A stretch of 54,178 nucleotides of DNA from Eledone cirrhosa (GCA_964016885.1 CAXHJY010001529.1:1-54178), one strand, 5' to 3'. Shown: positions 16,523-33,349, counted from the first letter of the stretch. A program made the numbers and translations. Notes: generated by a model not told the origin, from the sequence alone.

Positions 16523-16592
16523 TATTTTATTATGCGCATTTCGAAAACATCATCATCCTGGGACAAAAATTGTGTACTCATCAGATAAAATA
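16523..16592 (-). ncRNA. Type I hammerhead ribozyme (AUA triplet, degenerate stem II)
   Basis: UAUUUUAU-CUGAUGA-[35 nt]-GAAAU-GCGC-AUA^-AUAAAAUA: 8-bp stem I, palindromic AUGCGCAU. Confidence 0.72.
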
Positions 16593-16788
16593 AGGTAACA
16601 TGATATGAGGCCTAAAAACACATGTCAACAAGAAAGTGTCCGTTCTACATATGACAGAAATGTAAGAGCAAGAAAAATATAGGAAAATAGAAGAAAAGGA
16701 AAAAGAAATAAAGGAGTTCTGCCAACTGTTGAGTGCTACTTATCTGATATATGCATAGTTTTATTGTTCTACAATATTACTCACCTTC

Positions 16789-16822
<34 letters not shown>

Positions 16823-16945
16823 TCTTTAATGCGAAGAAATACCGATGATAGCCAGAAGATCACTGATGACGGATAGTCCTGGTTTCTTGCACTATTTTTT
16901 ACTTCACATGTATCGCATTCGCAACAACGCAGCACGCCATTTTTC

Positions 16946-16987
<42 letters not shown>

Positions 16988-17679
16988 AAGTTTAGTAAAA
17001 TAGAAGTTTTGGCTGTGGCCAAGCTGACGATATACAATCATGTATGTGCAGCAAAGCACTTGATAAGGTTGTGTCACCTTAGTGTAATAACATACATTAG
17101 AAAGCTTGACAATTTGAAGACTGCGACCGTTGACCCAGCTACATGAACTAAAGCAACAAGAAAACCAATCAGGTATTGACAAACCTGGACCATCTCGATC
17201 GATATTAAGCAATATCTCCGATAGGTTTCTATGAATCCGAAATTCACAATTCCTTATATATATATATTACTAAAATTCTGTGATTGCTTGCTTGCTTGTC
17301 TGTCTGTAATGTAATACAGCCAGAAGGGCGCATAATGGGAAAATACTTTGAAATGAAGTTGACACTGAAATGGGGATACAAATGGAATAAATCGAGTTTC
17401 GCTTAAATTTCGCTTAAATAACAACAGAATCGGTACAGTATATGGAAGGAATATATTAATATAACGCTTGAAATAGCAAGAATGGGGTCTTAACCTTTCG
17501 GACGCTCGTCCTTAATGAAAAGAGAGAAAGAGAAATTAGAAAGATTGAAAGGACGGGCAGGGTGGCAAAAATGTCTTTAGAGAAAAATAACAGGTCCATT
17601 AATCTTGCCACCTCTTGGAAAACTGTTGTTGCTGACGTTTTGTGCATGATATACTTTGTTTTTAGAAAAGTGGATGATG

Positions 17680-18348
17680 GAGCGCGTCTTTCTGGCTGGA
17701 TCTTGAGGATTTTCCAGACAAGAGACCGAGACACCATGTTGACACTATGGAGGACATTTGTCCCAAGCCGCCTGGACTACTGCTCCCAGTTGTGGTAACC
17801 CCATAGTGTCAAACTAACCACGGAGCTTGAGGCAATACAGCGAAGCTACACCAAGAGCATTGTCACGATGAAGGAAACAAGCTACTGGGAGTGGCTAAAG
17901 GAACTGAACCTCTACTCCTTGGAACGAAGACGGGAGAGATACGCAGTGATCTACATGTGGAAAATCCTGGAGGGACTAGCACCAAACATTGGCATTGGGA
18001 GCTGGACCAACCGCCGAACAGGACGTCACTGTGTGGTGCCAAAGTTGCCGTCTTCCACATCTAGAGTAAGGAGCAGGTATTGCAATAGCCTTGGATACCA
18101 GGGCCCTCAACTCTTCAACAAGATACCGAGGGATCTGAGAAATTTGCATGACGTGGAGGTGGATGTCTTCAAGAAACATCTCGACACCTTGCTATCCAGG
18201 ATCCCGGATGAGCCCACAGCATGTCACGAGGGAAACCTAAGGGCAGCAGCAACAAACTGCCTCTTACACCAGGCTGGAGATAAAATGTGTAGCAACAAGG
18301 GTGGTGCCCCAGCATGGCCTCAGCCGGATGGCTGAAACAGGTAAAAGA
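17680..18348 (+). mobile_element. CR1/L2-group LINE 3' fragment (post-RT region, one stop)
   Basis: GWILRIFQTRD...[11 protein letters not shown]...ELEAIQRSYTK..SYWEWLKELNLYSLERRRER. 3' end runs into a TA array. Confidence 0.88.
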
Positions 18349-20791
<2,443 letters not shown>

Positions 20792-20844
20792 TGTATAAAT
20801 ATATATATATATATATGAATAAATATATACATATATATATATTC

Positions 20845-20881
<37 letters not shown>

Positions 20882-21588
20882 TAAATATATATATATATGA
20901 ATAAATATATATATATATATGAATAAATATATATATATATATGAATAAATATATATATATATATGAATAAATATATATATATATATGAATAAATATATAT
21001 ATGAATAAAAATATATATATATATATATATATATATGAATAAAAAAAAAAATATATATATATATATATGAATAAATATATATATATATATATATGAATAA
21101 ATATATATATATATATATGAATAAATATATATATATATATATATATGAATAAATATATATATGTATATATATATATTCATGTATATATATATGTATATAG
21201 TCATGTATGTATATATATATATGATAAATATATATAAATGAAAGGTATAGAAAACATTGCAGCGAAAAGCCAACAGTATTCCATAATATATAAGTGACTA
21301 TAGCGTCAAAATGGGAAAAATAGTTAACGTAAGATGTGGGAAAAATAATTCAAACTCATCCACAGAATTCAAACTCATCCACAGAATTTAGTGAAATCCA
21401 GGGAAAAATCAATAGAGCCTTAACTCATGATAAAATAAAGTTTAAAATACTCATCCTTCAATTTGGAAAAACTTCAAATGCTCTGTATAGTCTTAAAGAC
21501 TATTTCACGAAAACTTTATATATATATATATATGAATAAATATATATATATATATATATGAATAAATATATATATATGAATAAATATA

Positions 21589-21629
<41 letters not shown>

Positions 21630-21783
21630 TAAATATATATATATGAATAAATATATATATATGAATAAATATATATATATGAATAAATATATATATATGA
21701 ATAAATATATATATATGAATAAATATATATATATGGATAAACATATATATATATATGAATAAACATATATATATATATATTTA

Positions 21784-21817
<34 letters not shown>

Positions 21818-21875
21818 TAAATAAATATATATATATATATATATATAAATATATATATATATATGAATAAATAAA

Positions 21876-21921
<46 letters not shown>

Positions 21922-22029
21922 TATATATATATATGAATAAATAAATATATATATATATATATGAATAAATAAATATATATATATATATATATATATGAAT
22001 AAATAAATAAATAAATATATATATATATA

Positions 22030-22648
22030 TTTTGTCCTAAGCCGCCTGGACTACTGCTCCCAGCTGTGGTCACCCCATAGTGTCAAACTAACCACAGAGC
22101 TTGAGGCAATCCAGCGAAGCTACACCAAGAGGATTGCCAAGATGAGGGAGACAAGCTACTGGGAGAGGCTGAAGGAACTGAACCTCTACTCCTTGGAGCG
22201 AAGACGGGAGAGATACGCAGTGATCTACATGTGGAAAATCCTGGAGGGACTAGCACCAAACTTTGGCATTGGGAGCTGGACCAACCGTCGAACAGGACGT
22301 CACTGTGTGGTGCCAAAGGTCCCGTCTTCCACATCTAGAATAAGGAGCAGGTATTGCAATAGCCTGGGATTCAAGGGCCCTCAACTCTTCAACAGGCTGC
22401 CGAGGCATCTGCGAGACTTGCATGACGTGGAGGTGGATGTCTTTAAGAAACATCTCGACACCTTGTTATCCAGGATCCCGGATGAGCCCACGGCAAGACA
22501 CGAGGGAAACCTAAGGGCAGCAGCAACAAACTCCCTCCTACACCAGTGGCCAACCTATACAGGCTGGAGATAAAATGTGTAGCAACAAGGGCGGTGCCCC
22601 AGCATGGCCTCAGCCGGATGGCTGAAACAGGTAAAAGAGTAAAAGAGT
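22030..22648 (+). mobile_element. CR1/L2-group LINE 3' fragment
   Basis: [12 protein letters not shown]...SYWERLKELNLYSLERRRERY. Ends in GTAAAAGAGTAAAAGAG with TA arrays on both sides. Confidence 0.88.
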
Positions 22649-22836
22649 ATATATATATATGAATAAATATATATATATATATATATGAATAAATATATAT
22701 ATATATATATATATGAATAAATATATATATATATATATATATGAATAAATATATATATATATATATATATATATGAATAAATAAATATATATATATATGA
22801 ATAAATAAATATATATATATATATATATATGAATAA

Positions 22837-22879
<43 letters not shown>

Positions 22880-22898
22880 TAAATAAATATATATATAA

Positions 22899-22930
<32 letters not shown>

Positions 22931-23024
22931 CTATTAGTTCCGAAGAGATTGTGTTGGTAAAAACAGGTGGAAGGAGGAGAAAGCACTCAACCATCGTAGT
23001 TTGTAGTTACGATGGAGATTCAGT

Positions 23025-23216
23025 ATAATTATTGTTTCTACTTTTGGTACAAGGCCACCAAATACTCAGTGCATGACTGGTACTTCATTTTAACGACCCC
23101 GTAAGGATGAAAGGCAAAGTTAACCTCGGCGGGCTTTGACCTCTGAATGGCAAGGGCCGTAACTCTATGCGTCAAAGCATGGCGTCCGACCCTCTACCGA
23201 TACTGCTAATCCACCG
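23025..23216 (-). mobile_element. tRNA-derived SINE, family A
   Basis: Reverse complement of 8777-8975, more diverged. Confidence 0.82.
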
Positions 23217-24629
23217 AGATTCATTATAATAATAACATTAATAAAGATGCTGATGTTACATAAATCGTTCATTCATTCTAATTATTTCAACGGTTCTCCC
23301 ATGCAATCCAAGATGTAATTCATGCATTTGTTTTTGTTATGATAACGGTATGCTCAGATGAAATTCGATTTTGTGATATGCTGCTGTCAGGAAAAAACAC
23401 ACGTACTTTTGCTCGTGCGTCCAGCAGACATATGAGTTCCTGAATGCCCTCCCCCCAGCCGGTGTGTTTACTGAAGTAAAGTGCTACCCACGTGTCAATT
23501 AGCGAAATGAGGATCGCGCATCTCCCACGAAATTGGGGTCGTAAATCAGCAAAAGGGTAACCCCTTAAGTGTTGTATTTTCTGCATCAAACGATAGTCTA
23601 TGCGTAGCCAGAAACTAGTAGATAGTGGAACTCTGAGGGAGGGGTTGTTTATCGAAACCTCTAATTATTGTTTATTCATTTTAGCAGAATATAGAAAAAT
23701 TCTCTGACATCCGGTGAATATTTGTTGTTTCAGGAAAGGAAATAGATTTCCTACTAATTATCTTATAGAATTGTTGTTATTTCATTAGAAATATGCTAAT
23801 GAAAGGGTTAAGAAATCATGTTGATGGCCTCCCCACAGCCCCGGGGGACAGAATGAAGAAGGCGTTTCCCCGGAGGATGGTAAGGGAGATGCGCTGAAAG
23901 AGCCATTCCAACTCGCGAGGCTCCCTCCTGCGACTGGCCAGCTCGGCGCCTATGGTGGTGAATACGGAGGAGGCCCTAGGTTAGCCGTGAGGTACATATT
24001 TTGTTGACAGCCACATTCATATTGATGTTGTTCTTGTCGTTATTGTTGTTAGCTGGGTATTACTATCACTACGACTGCAACGGCCAGTGTAGGCGACGTT
24101 GGTCGGTGTTTGCTGTTGTTGTCGTCGTCGTTGTTGTGGTTGTTTTTGTAGCCGTTGTCTTAAATGTGACCACGCTACTTTAATCTCTAAACCACATACC
24201 TTCGCCCCTCTCCCCAACACACATACAAGCACGCACAAGGACGCACAGAAACACACACACACACACAAGCACACCCAGAAACACCCACTCACAGCAAAAC
24301 AGTAAACCACAGAGGAAATTGAACTCAGATCTTACAAATACCACAGTGGAGAGCAATTTGCTCTCCACTGTGGTATTCGCTGTCTTTTGTATACCGTTAT
24401 ATATACACAATTAAGAAACACAATTAATATATACAATCAACTTACATAATTAAATATATAAAATAATATAAAATTAATATAAAATTAAATGGCAAGCCGC
24501 TGCAGAAATTTGATTATATTGAAGAAATTTATGTAATTTAATTAATACAGAATAGAATATTGTAACAGAAATATAGTAATATGGAAATCCTATAATAATA
24601 TAAATATATTTATAAATCAAAACCGAGAA

Positions 24630-25200
24630 ACGAACGGGGGGGGGGGGGTAGAGACAGGGAGATCTGACTGTATAAGAATGTAGGAGAAAGGGCTTTAAAC
24701 GCACACATATATACACATATACGCATACATACACACACACATATATACACACATATATACACACACATACACACAGGAACATACACAAATACGCATAACA
24801 TACACACACACATATATACACATATTACATATACACACATATATACACACGCATACACACATACACACACAGAAGAATGAAAGGTAAAGAAAGTCAGATC
24901 TGACTGTATAAGAAAGTAGGAGAAAGGGCTTCATACAAACACATACGCACACACACACGCATACCCACGCACACTTACACGCGCACACATACATACACGC
25001 ATATACACAGATACACACACACGCATACACACAGAATGATGAAGGGTAAAGAAAGGTAGATCTGACTGTATAAAAAATTAGGAGAAAGGGCTTTACACAC
25101 ACACGCACGCACACGAACATGCACACACACATACACACAAACGCGCACACATCACACACACACACATGTACACATACACACACGCACACATACGTACATA
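24630..25200. repeat. Three-copy composite repeat (GATCTGACTGTATAA..TAGGAGAAAGGGCTT + CA-rich spacer)
   Basis: Core at 24661, 24897 and 25059. Confidence 0.8.
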
Positions 25201-25809
25201 TTTATATACCATAAATGAGAAGAAAATGAGGGACTATGAGGCCATGGAGGAAAGGGGGCGGGAAGAGAGAGAGAGGGTGATAGGCTCTCTGTATGGGGTG
25301 GGGCAGTGTTCTGACTGAACCCCGTGGAAAAAAAATCGCATAGATACTTCTGCTGACAATGGCCAGAGACACTCGCTGCAAAAGCCTCCCCACATCGCGT
25401 GTTTTCTTGCTCAGATGGGCTGCTGAGCATCTGATTTCACGGAGGAACTCGGCAGTACGGGGTACGAGAACGCCTGGGGCCTCGACAGTTACCAATGCGA
25501 AGAGGAAGCGGCCGGATAAGCCCCGGTATTTTCATGTTCGCTGCATTGCGGGACACCATGCCGAGGTTTGTGACGGAATCGACTAAATTTGAGGTGGGAA
25601 ACGAGTTACTATGGAAGTTATTCAAACCCACAGCAGTGTAGGACCTCTATAAATAAAGATAACGTGTGCAACAGTTGGTACGATCATCGGAAAAAAAAAA
25701 CTGATCTTGAAATTCATGAGCAAATGACTCAGCTAAACTCCGCCAGTTGCAGACTGCGCATTAACATGTGATATCTACCTCCACAAAGTTTGATCACCAC
25801 CAGCAGAGT

Positions 25810-26170
25810 TCAAATAGCAAAGAACAAGTCCAGTCTATACGTTGACGTTATCAAGCCATCGTTTTGGCTGCCGGCCTCTGCTTCTCTTACCAGCCAACCT
25901 TCCTTCCAGGCATAACCTGCTCCAACCAGGCATAACCTACTCAATAGTTTGAGTAGTCTTGACTTGACAATTGATATAATTGATCTAAGTTTGGTAATGT
26001 TGAGCAGCTCACTGATACAAATACGATCGCTGAGCCGCTTACCAGTCATACACTTAATGATGTGGCTCTGCAATGTAGAGAGCTTCTGAAGTAACCTTTA
26101 ATACAGTAAAGGCCATATAACACATGTATTCTTATCGTTGTTTTCTAGAAGATTTAGTGTGATGTAATGT
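25810..26170 (-). mobile_element. Decayed RTE-clade LINE C-terminal fragment
   Basis: IKCMTGKRLSDRICISELLNITKLRSIISIVKSRLLKLL resembles the RTE post-RT 'G...DRI.N.EL...T....I...V..R.L' segment. Confidence 0.5.
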
Positions 26171-26241
26171 GTGACATAGCTGAGCCTATGAATTACAAAT
26201 ACAACTATCATTCTCCTGCTGATTAAGACTACAGCAACACA

Positions 26242-26340
26242 AAATAAAATGTCTTAATCATGTTTAAAAAATGGTGTCTGGATTTGAACTCATGACTTTA
26301 CGATCGTGAGCCAAACATCTTAACCACTAAGCCCAGCATC
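26242..26340 (-). mobile_element. Partial tRNA-like SINE head
   Basis: Minus strand GGCTTAGTGGTTAAGATG...GAGTTCAAATCC. Confidence 0.55.
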
Positions 26341-26551
26341 CCATTGTAATAACATTAGATACAAGCATATATGCTAAAATTAATAGTGGAACATCTTTCT
26401 CGACTCTAGGTGAGATAATACACATTTTTTTCCCGTTCTAATTTCTTATACGCTCTGTTATCTTTAAAACAAATTTGGTGAAGTTACTGATTCAATTCTG
26501 TTATCAATTCCCACCGCCGCTTCTAATCACGCACGCACTACATAAGTATTT

Positions 26552-26583
<32 letters not shown>

Positions 26584-26596
26584 AATATATAAATAT

Positions 26597-26663
<67 letters not shown>

Positions 26664-26781
26664 AATGTAAGTAGCATACGTACACACATACACACAACAC
26701 ACACACATATATATATACATGCACGCATATATACATATATACGTATGAGTTATATTATACCCATACGTACATATGCATATT

Positions 26782-26812
<31 letters not shown>

Positions 26813-26908
26813 GATATATACATGTGTGTATATATATATATGTGTGTGTACGTATGCATATTTACATTTATGTATCAGCTGTGCTAGGGCGAGAAATAAA
26901 ATTGTAAT

Positions 26909-26950
<42 letters not shown>

Positions 26951-27843
26951 GCTATATCTAAGATAGGCAAGTGGCATGAATTTGGAAAACTTCGTTAAGG
27001 TATAATATGCTGAATGGTCAGACGCCAAAATAAAGGTACACATCTTTAAAAAAAATAAACGTCAAAATGCGACATGAAAATATAAAATATAAAAATAAAT
27101 AACAAACATTCGTGATGAAAAGAAAAGAAGACTGAAGCTCGGTTGGGCGATTTGCATATTTATTCGCTTCGAATGACCGCTTGCTTTGATGCGGCCATTT
27201 TGCGGAAACAGCCTGGCGCCATGTCGCCGCTCTGTGACAAAGTACATTCAAATTCATCTATGAAAATATGACAGAAGGAAATAACACATTCTGCAATTCA
27301 ATAGTTCCATTACTCTACATCACAGGAAGTCTAAATCAGTTTAATATAACGTAGCAACGTGGTTCAACTTTCGTTTGGTTTACAAATGTGTCTTTATGTC
27401 ATTACTAAACATGCTAGAAATAGTTGCCAAATCATTCCTTAAATCTTAGAATTATTGTCTCCCCATTCCACCCTGAAAGAGAATGCATTTGGTAGTGTTG
27501 TCCAAGGAACACTACCTCAGTATAACGGAGATATATTCATAGCCGGAATAGCTTTGATCATATGTCCGCTCATTCACGGCTAAGCTGGTTCTATACAAAT
27601 GCAGTAATATCATATTGACAGTAACCTGATATTCCAGAGTTGCTATAGAGATAGCAGACATTTTGAAATACAAAACATCAAAATAAAAACATATTACTAG
27701 ATAGACAGTGACTTGTTGACGAAGGTTTTGGTCACATCTACAACTCCTTAAATCGTGGGGTTCCTCAGTCAAGAATGGAATTGTATGTATGTGGGAACCC
27801 GTAACACATGATACAGTCGTAAGGGTGCCATTGAGACATAGAG

Positions 27844-28063
27844 CAGGCATTTCAAACTGAAGGTCCCCCTAGGGCCACAATGGTCACTTACGTGTTGTCT
27901 GAGAGCCACACATGACAACTATTTGTGCACATTATAACTAATTTTTTTAATTTTTATATTACGAAGATAAAACATGCTCGCGGTGTAAAAACATTTGTGC
28001 GGACCGCGGGTGTGCTTGTAAAGGGCCGCATGTGCCCCGCAGGCCGCAAGTTTGACATGCCTG
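27844..28063. mobile_element. hAT (Charlie-type) MITE, 220 bp
   Basis: TIRs CAGGCATTTCAAACT / AGTTTGACATGCCTG, subterminal GCGGCC motifs, flanking 8-mers ACATAGAG / CACTAGAG (imperfect TSD). Confidence 0.7.
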
Positions 28064-28699
28064 CACTAGAGTATGTCATGATTATTTTGAACATAGCATA
28101 GCCCATTCTTTCTTCAGTCAATTCCTTCGAGACACGAAGAAAGAGAGAGAGAGTGTGTGTGTGTGTGTGAGAGAGAGAGATAGTGTGCGCTTGTAGAGAG
28201 AGAGAGATTGTGTGTGTGTGAGAGAGGTTGTGTGTGTGTGAGAGAGAGAGAGAGTTAGTGTGTGTGTGTGTGTAAGAAAGGGAGAGAGAGAGATAGATAG
28301 TATGTCTGTGTTTATGTTTGTGAGAGAGAGAGAGAGAGGGAGATGTAGGCAAAAATAGCATCATGTGCTCCCTGCCCTCACCTTCTTTGACACCGATGCT
28401 TACCCTTTACTATTTGAACTGGCTGTATCCAGCCAGAATTCTCTAACATATTTCTGTTCAAACCGGCTGTAACTAGCCACTGATACTGATGTTAAGGTAT
28501 TGTTCTTAAATAGATAATATCAAAATATCATAGATTCGATATTATATGAGATATTATGTGAGGTAATATTATATGAGATATTATGTGCGTAGTTTCCAGT
28601 AGGTATATTGGTTTTGTACTAAGCAGTGTAATGAAGAAGTAACACCTCGTCCTTTTTATTATTATTATTATATTATATTATAGCATATATATACTATAG

Positions 28700-28751
<52 letters not shown>

Positions 28752-28752
<1 letters not shown>

Positions 28753-28920
28753 TTTTCGGATCGAACCTATATATGATCTCTGATAGTATACAGTTATGTA
28801 ACTGCTATACATCAGTCAATATGTCAATATGATCAACACTCCGTAACGATCGTAGAACAGTGATATGAATCTGTAAAATGACTTGACTTTGTCATTATTT
28901 TCATTGTTAAATTAATATCT
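28752..28920 (+). mobile_element. 5'-truncated relative of the 30090-30275 HHR element
   Basis: CTGATAGTATA.AGTT...TAACTGCTATA.ATCA...ATGATCAAC.CTCCG.AACGATCGTA shared. GAAAC mutated to GTAAC. Confidence 0.7.
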
Positions 28921-28995
28921 TATATATATATGTATATACATACACACACATATATATATATATATACACACACACATAAATGCACACACACACAT

Positions 28996-29047
<52 letters not shown>

Positions 29048-29222
29048 CGGCGATGAATTATTAATTCTGGCAATATTACACAAATATGACCCTCCCCAAG
29101 TATAACAATATATATATATATATATATATAATCAGTTTATGTTTTATGTGTCTCTTGGGTTGAAAAGGAGGTCAAGTATGCTCCGAAGAATCCAAACCTC
29201 GGTTTGGAAACAATTATTGTAA

Positions 29223-29255
<33 letters not shown>

Positions 29256-29551
29256 TAGAGGTAAACGACATATCGTTTAATGTTACCTAAGCTCAGGTTA
29301 CGAGTTATCTGTACCGAGGAAGAGTTAAGCCTATAGTACTTGACTCACTTGACTCAACGCGATGTTTAATTAGTTTTTGATAACTCATCTAGTGACTGCA
29401 TTGTTTTATGTATTTAAAATCGAATTTCACAATAGTAAATCAACTATTGATGATAGCAACTTCAAGACTTAATTAATTGCTTATTAGCCGATGTTACTGC
29501 TTGGAATAAAACCCTATTATATCGCTTATCCGTTAATCATGCTTTTACCTG

Positions 29552-29601
<50 letters not shown>

Positions 29602-29820
29602 CGTAAAATAAGGAGTGAACATTTTAGTAAGTAAGTTAATTTTTTTAAATTTTTTTTTAAATTTTCTTATTTTACGTCTTTTATATTATTGTTCTGCATC
29701 CTCCTACATTGAACCACCTAGGTACTATGACATAACCTGTGTATTTGCTGGCATTAGCGTACATCTGTACGCATATGTTAGTAGATATAATAAATTCTCT
29801 CTCTCTCTATATATATATAT

Positions 29821-30073
29821 ATTATATATGTAAGCTATCGCCGTATTTTGACTAAAGAAATTATTTAGCCTGATAGTGGCGTTAAGAACCCTCGGAGAAA
29901 TGGAAAAAGATGAGTATTGAAGTCAATACTCATCTTTTTCCATTTCTCCGAGGGTTCTTAACCCCACTATCAGGCTAAATAATTTGTTTAATTTCTTTAG
30001 TCAAAATACGGCGATAGCTTACATATATAATCATTTCAAACACACTCGCTGTTTCGAAAATATTCTTATTTGA
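29821..30073. mobile_element. ~210-bp near-perfect hairpin plus 40-bp tail
   Basis: 29821-29919 is the inverse of 29922-30031, centre TATTGAAGTCAATA. TA flanks. Confidence 0.8.
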
Positions 30074-30094
30074 TATATATATATATATATTATA

Positions 30095-30221
30095 ATTGTT
30101 TCTGAAGAAGACGGTGTGGTCTAAGTCATATATTATGTCTGATAGTATAAAGTTCTATAACTGCTATAGATCATTTCAAAATATTAATATGATCAACCCT
30201 CCGAAACGATCGTAAAATAAT
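30095..30221 (+). ncRNA. Type I hammerhead ribozyme with ~94-nt stem II domain
   Basis: AUUGUUU-CUGAAGA-[long stem II]-GAAAC-GAUC-GUA^-AAAUAAU: 7-bp stem I, palindromic ACGAUCGU. Confidence 0.7.
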
Positions 30222-30321
30222 GAATGGTGCATGTAAAATACTTGCCTTTGTTATCATTTTTAAAAACTAATACGTAATATATATGTTTGTGTGCATGTGT
30301 ATGACTGTGTCTGTGTGTGTG

Positions 30322-30368
<47 letters not shown>

Positions 30369-30498
30369 GTTCGTGGTAGGGTCTATACGGTAGTTAGAAC
30401 ACAATGTAATCCGTTAGCAAGTAATTCAGTCAGATCCAGAGATTGGTTCCATGTTTCGCTGAGTCAATTCTTTAGATCCAGAGTTTGTATCTGTATAT

Positions 30499-30541
<43 letters not shown>

Positions 30542-30542
30542 C

Positions 30543-31148
30543 AGGTCACCAGTTGGTGCTACTGGTAACATGTATCCCAGTACAATCTGTCTCATGGTCG
30601 GGTCGTTGGCGACTAAACTGGCAACCCCACCAAGGTTTCTTGGTGAGGAGGTGACTTTGGACATCCTGCAGGACTAAAAACAAAACCTGTCAAAGGGCAA
30701 AGGAGCTCTCGAGAGTCAATGGCCATCCAAAATCACCGGGATAGATGACCCCTTAGCCTTTGTCAAAGCAGAATTCTAGCAGAAGGAAAACTCTGATATA
30801 ACACCTGCAACCCTGATGGTATCCAATGATGTTGACTTGTTCTTCTTTTTGGTAAATATCATCTTGGTTAAGAGAGTGGGACTGGCTTTGTGCAGTGCCT
30901 TTGCTCACTATAAAAGCTTCACGGCACAGGCATTGCTTTATATCTGGAGATCTCTCTGCACTTGTCGTCACATGGTACCATGGGCCCAGCACTATGTGTC
31001 AATAATTGTCACAAGTGTAGTGTTTGTACCAGAGTTTTCAAGTCGCTGGCTGGACTAAAAAGTCACACTCGTTCAGCGCATCGGTAAGGGTTCTCCTACA
31101 TGGATATAAAGTAGTGGCCGTACTCGAAAACGTGTTGGCAGCCACCAT
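30543..31148 (+). mobile_element. RTE-derived element: 5'-UTR-like part plus 3' C2H2 zinc-finger end
   Basis: 5' part (GCTACTGGTAAC...GACTAAACTGGCAACCCCACCAAG) is repeated at 33750. About 31013-31080 translates [23 protein letters not shown]. Confidence 0.5.
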
Positions 31149-31151
31149 ATG

Positions 31152-31184
<33 letters not shown>

Positions 31185-31237
31185 GTATATATGTATATAT
31201 ATATATGTATATGTATATATATATGTATATGTATATA

Positions 31238-31269
<32 letters not shown>

Positions 31270-31433
31270 AGTATATGTATATATATATGTAAGTATATGT
31301 ATATAAGTATATGTATATATATATGTAAGTATATGTATATATATATATGTATATATATATGTAAGTATATGTATATATATGTGTCTATATATATATATCT
31401 GTGTATGTATATATATGTGTGTATATATATCTG

Positions 31434-31464
<31 letters not shown>

Positions 31465-31911
31465 ATATATATGTGTGTGTCTGTGTGCCTGTTTGTCTGT
31501 GTGTAAACGCAAACAAGAATTTCAGTAACTATTAAAAAAGTGAATGTTTAAATATGATAGGTGTAACATTCCGTTATTCGCGTCTTCTAACACTTTAAGT
31601 GTCATCTATGAAGAACAATATACTAAACATTCTCCCATAATTAACTTCGAGATCTGTCTACTGTTATTAATTCGTCTACCTTCCAAATAATTCAAATAAA
31701 GTTATAATTTACTATTAGATTTCTTAATGTATTAGAACTAATATAGTCTTACTGTTACCAGCACTTAGTCGTAATTAGACGCAGGATAAAAAAAAGAAAG
31801 AAAACTACTAAGAGCTTCATTCTGATTGGTCCATTTCTTTTATATTCTCAATTATTTTATATATAGTTATTTCATAGCGAACATTAATAACAATAACAGC
31901 AACAACAATGA

Positions 31912-32003
<92 letters not shown>
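31912..32003. repeat. (ACT)n trinucleotide repeat, ~30 units
   Basis: Visible. Confidence 0.98.
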
Positions 32004-32354
32004 ATAATAATAATTTAAAAGTCAACAGCAGATTCGTGTTTATATAAACATAGAGACGAATCTAAGCACACATACATACACACGCAGGCAGAGAATATAT
32101 ACACAGGAGCATGTCTACACCCCGCCACACACACACACACACACACGGGTACTCAGACTTATATGGCTAAACATATACGTATACACATACACACATACAC
32201 ATATACACACAATATCGTGACTGTAATTGCAAGACACATAAAAATATAAAGATTTTTTTCTATATAATATATCTATCTACCTAGATATCTATCTACCTAG
32301 ATATATATATACATACATATATACATATATATTATATATATATTATATATATAC

Positions 32355-32462
<108 letters not shown>

Positions 32463-32962
32463 GTATATCGATATATGTGTATATCTATATCTTTATATAT
32501 GTATATATTTATATCTTTATATATGTATATCTATATATGTGTATATGTGTATATATGTATGTATATATTTATATCTTTATATATGTGTGTCTATATATGT
32601 GTATATGTGTATATATGTATATATTTATATCTTTATATATGTGTGTCTATATATGTGTATATGTGTATATATGTATGTATATATTTATATCTTTATATAT
32701 GTGTGTCTGTATATGTGTATATATGTATGTATATATTTATATCTTTATATATGTGTGTCTATATATGTATGTATGTATATATTTATATATGTGTATCTAT
32801 ATATGTGTATATGTATATATATGTCTATATGTATATATATATATATAATTGTATGCATATATCTATATATATATATGGGTGTTTGTGTGTGTTGATATAT
32901 GTATATATGTATATATTTATGTATATATATATATATATATGTATGTATATATACATGTTTAT

Positions 32963-33000
<38 letters not shown>

Positions 33001-33349
33001 TTGTGCGGGTGTGTATAAAATCTAATAGCGTCTACAATGGAACATTTGCAAGTCTGTGAAACACACCATTAAAATACTATTACAACAAAACATTTTCGAA
33101 AATGACATAATAGGTTCAGTGATTCATTTAGTAATGTGTAGTTAGATAATACTATAAATAATTAACCAAAATGAATCGTAGTAGATGCAACTTTTGGTAA
33201 ATATATACATGTTGGTAAATATATAAGGATGTATGATAATAAGAATTGCAAGGGAAAATGGTGGTATGTATGTATGTATGTATGTATGTATGTATGTATG
33301 TATGTATGTATGTATGTATGTACGTACCTACGTACGTACGTACATATGT

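Noticed and set aside
16863-16890. CTGATGA-CGGA(TAG)TCCT possible HHR
   Set aside because: No GAAA or stem III after the hairpin. At most a broken remnant.
23559-23810. piggyBac-like MITE ending GAAAGGGTTAA
   Set aside because: No convincing matching left TIR.
30543-30625. HDV-like ribozyme in the RTE 5'-UTR-like block
   Set aside because: P2- and P4-like pairings are visible but I could not place a valid P1/P1.1.
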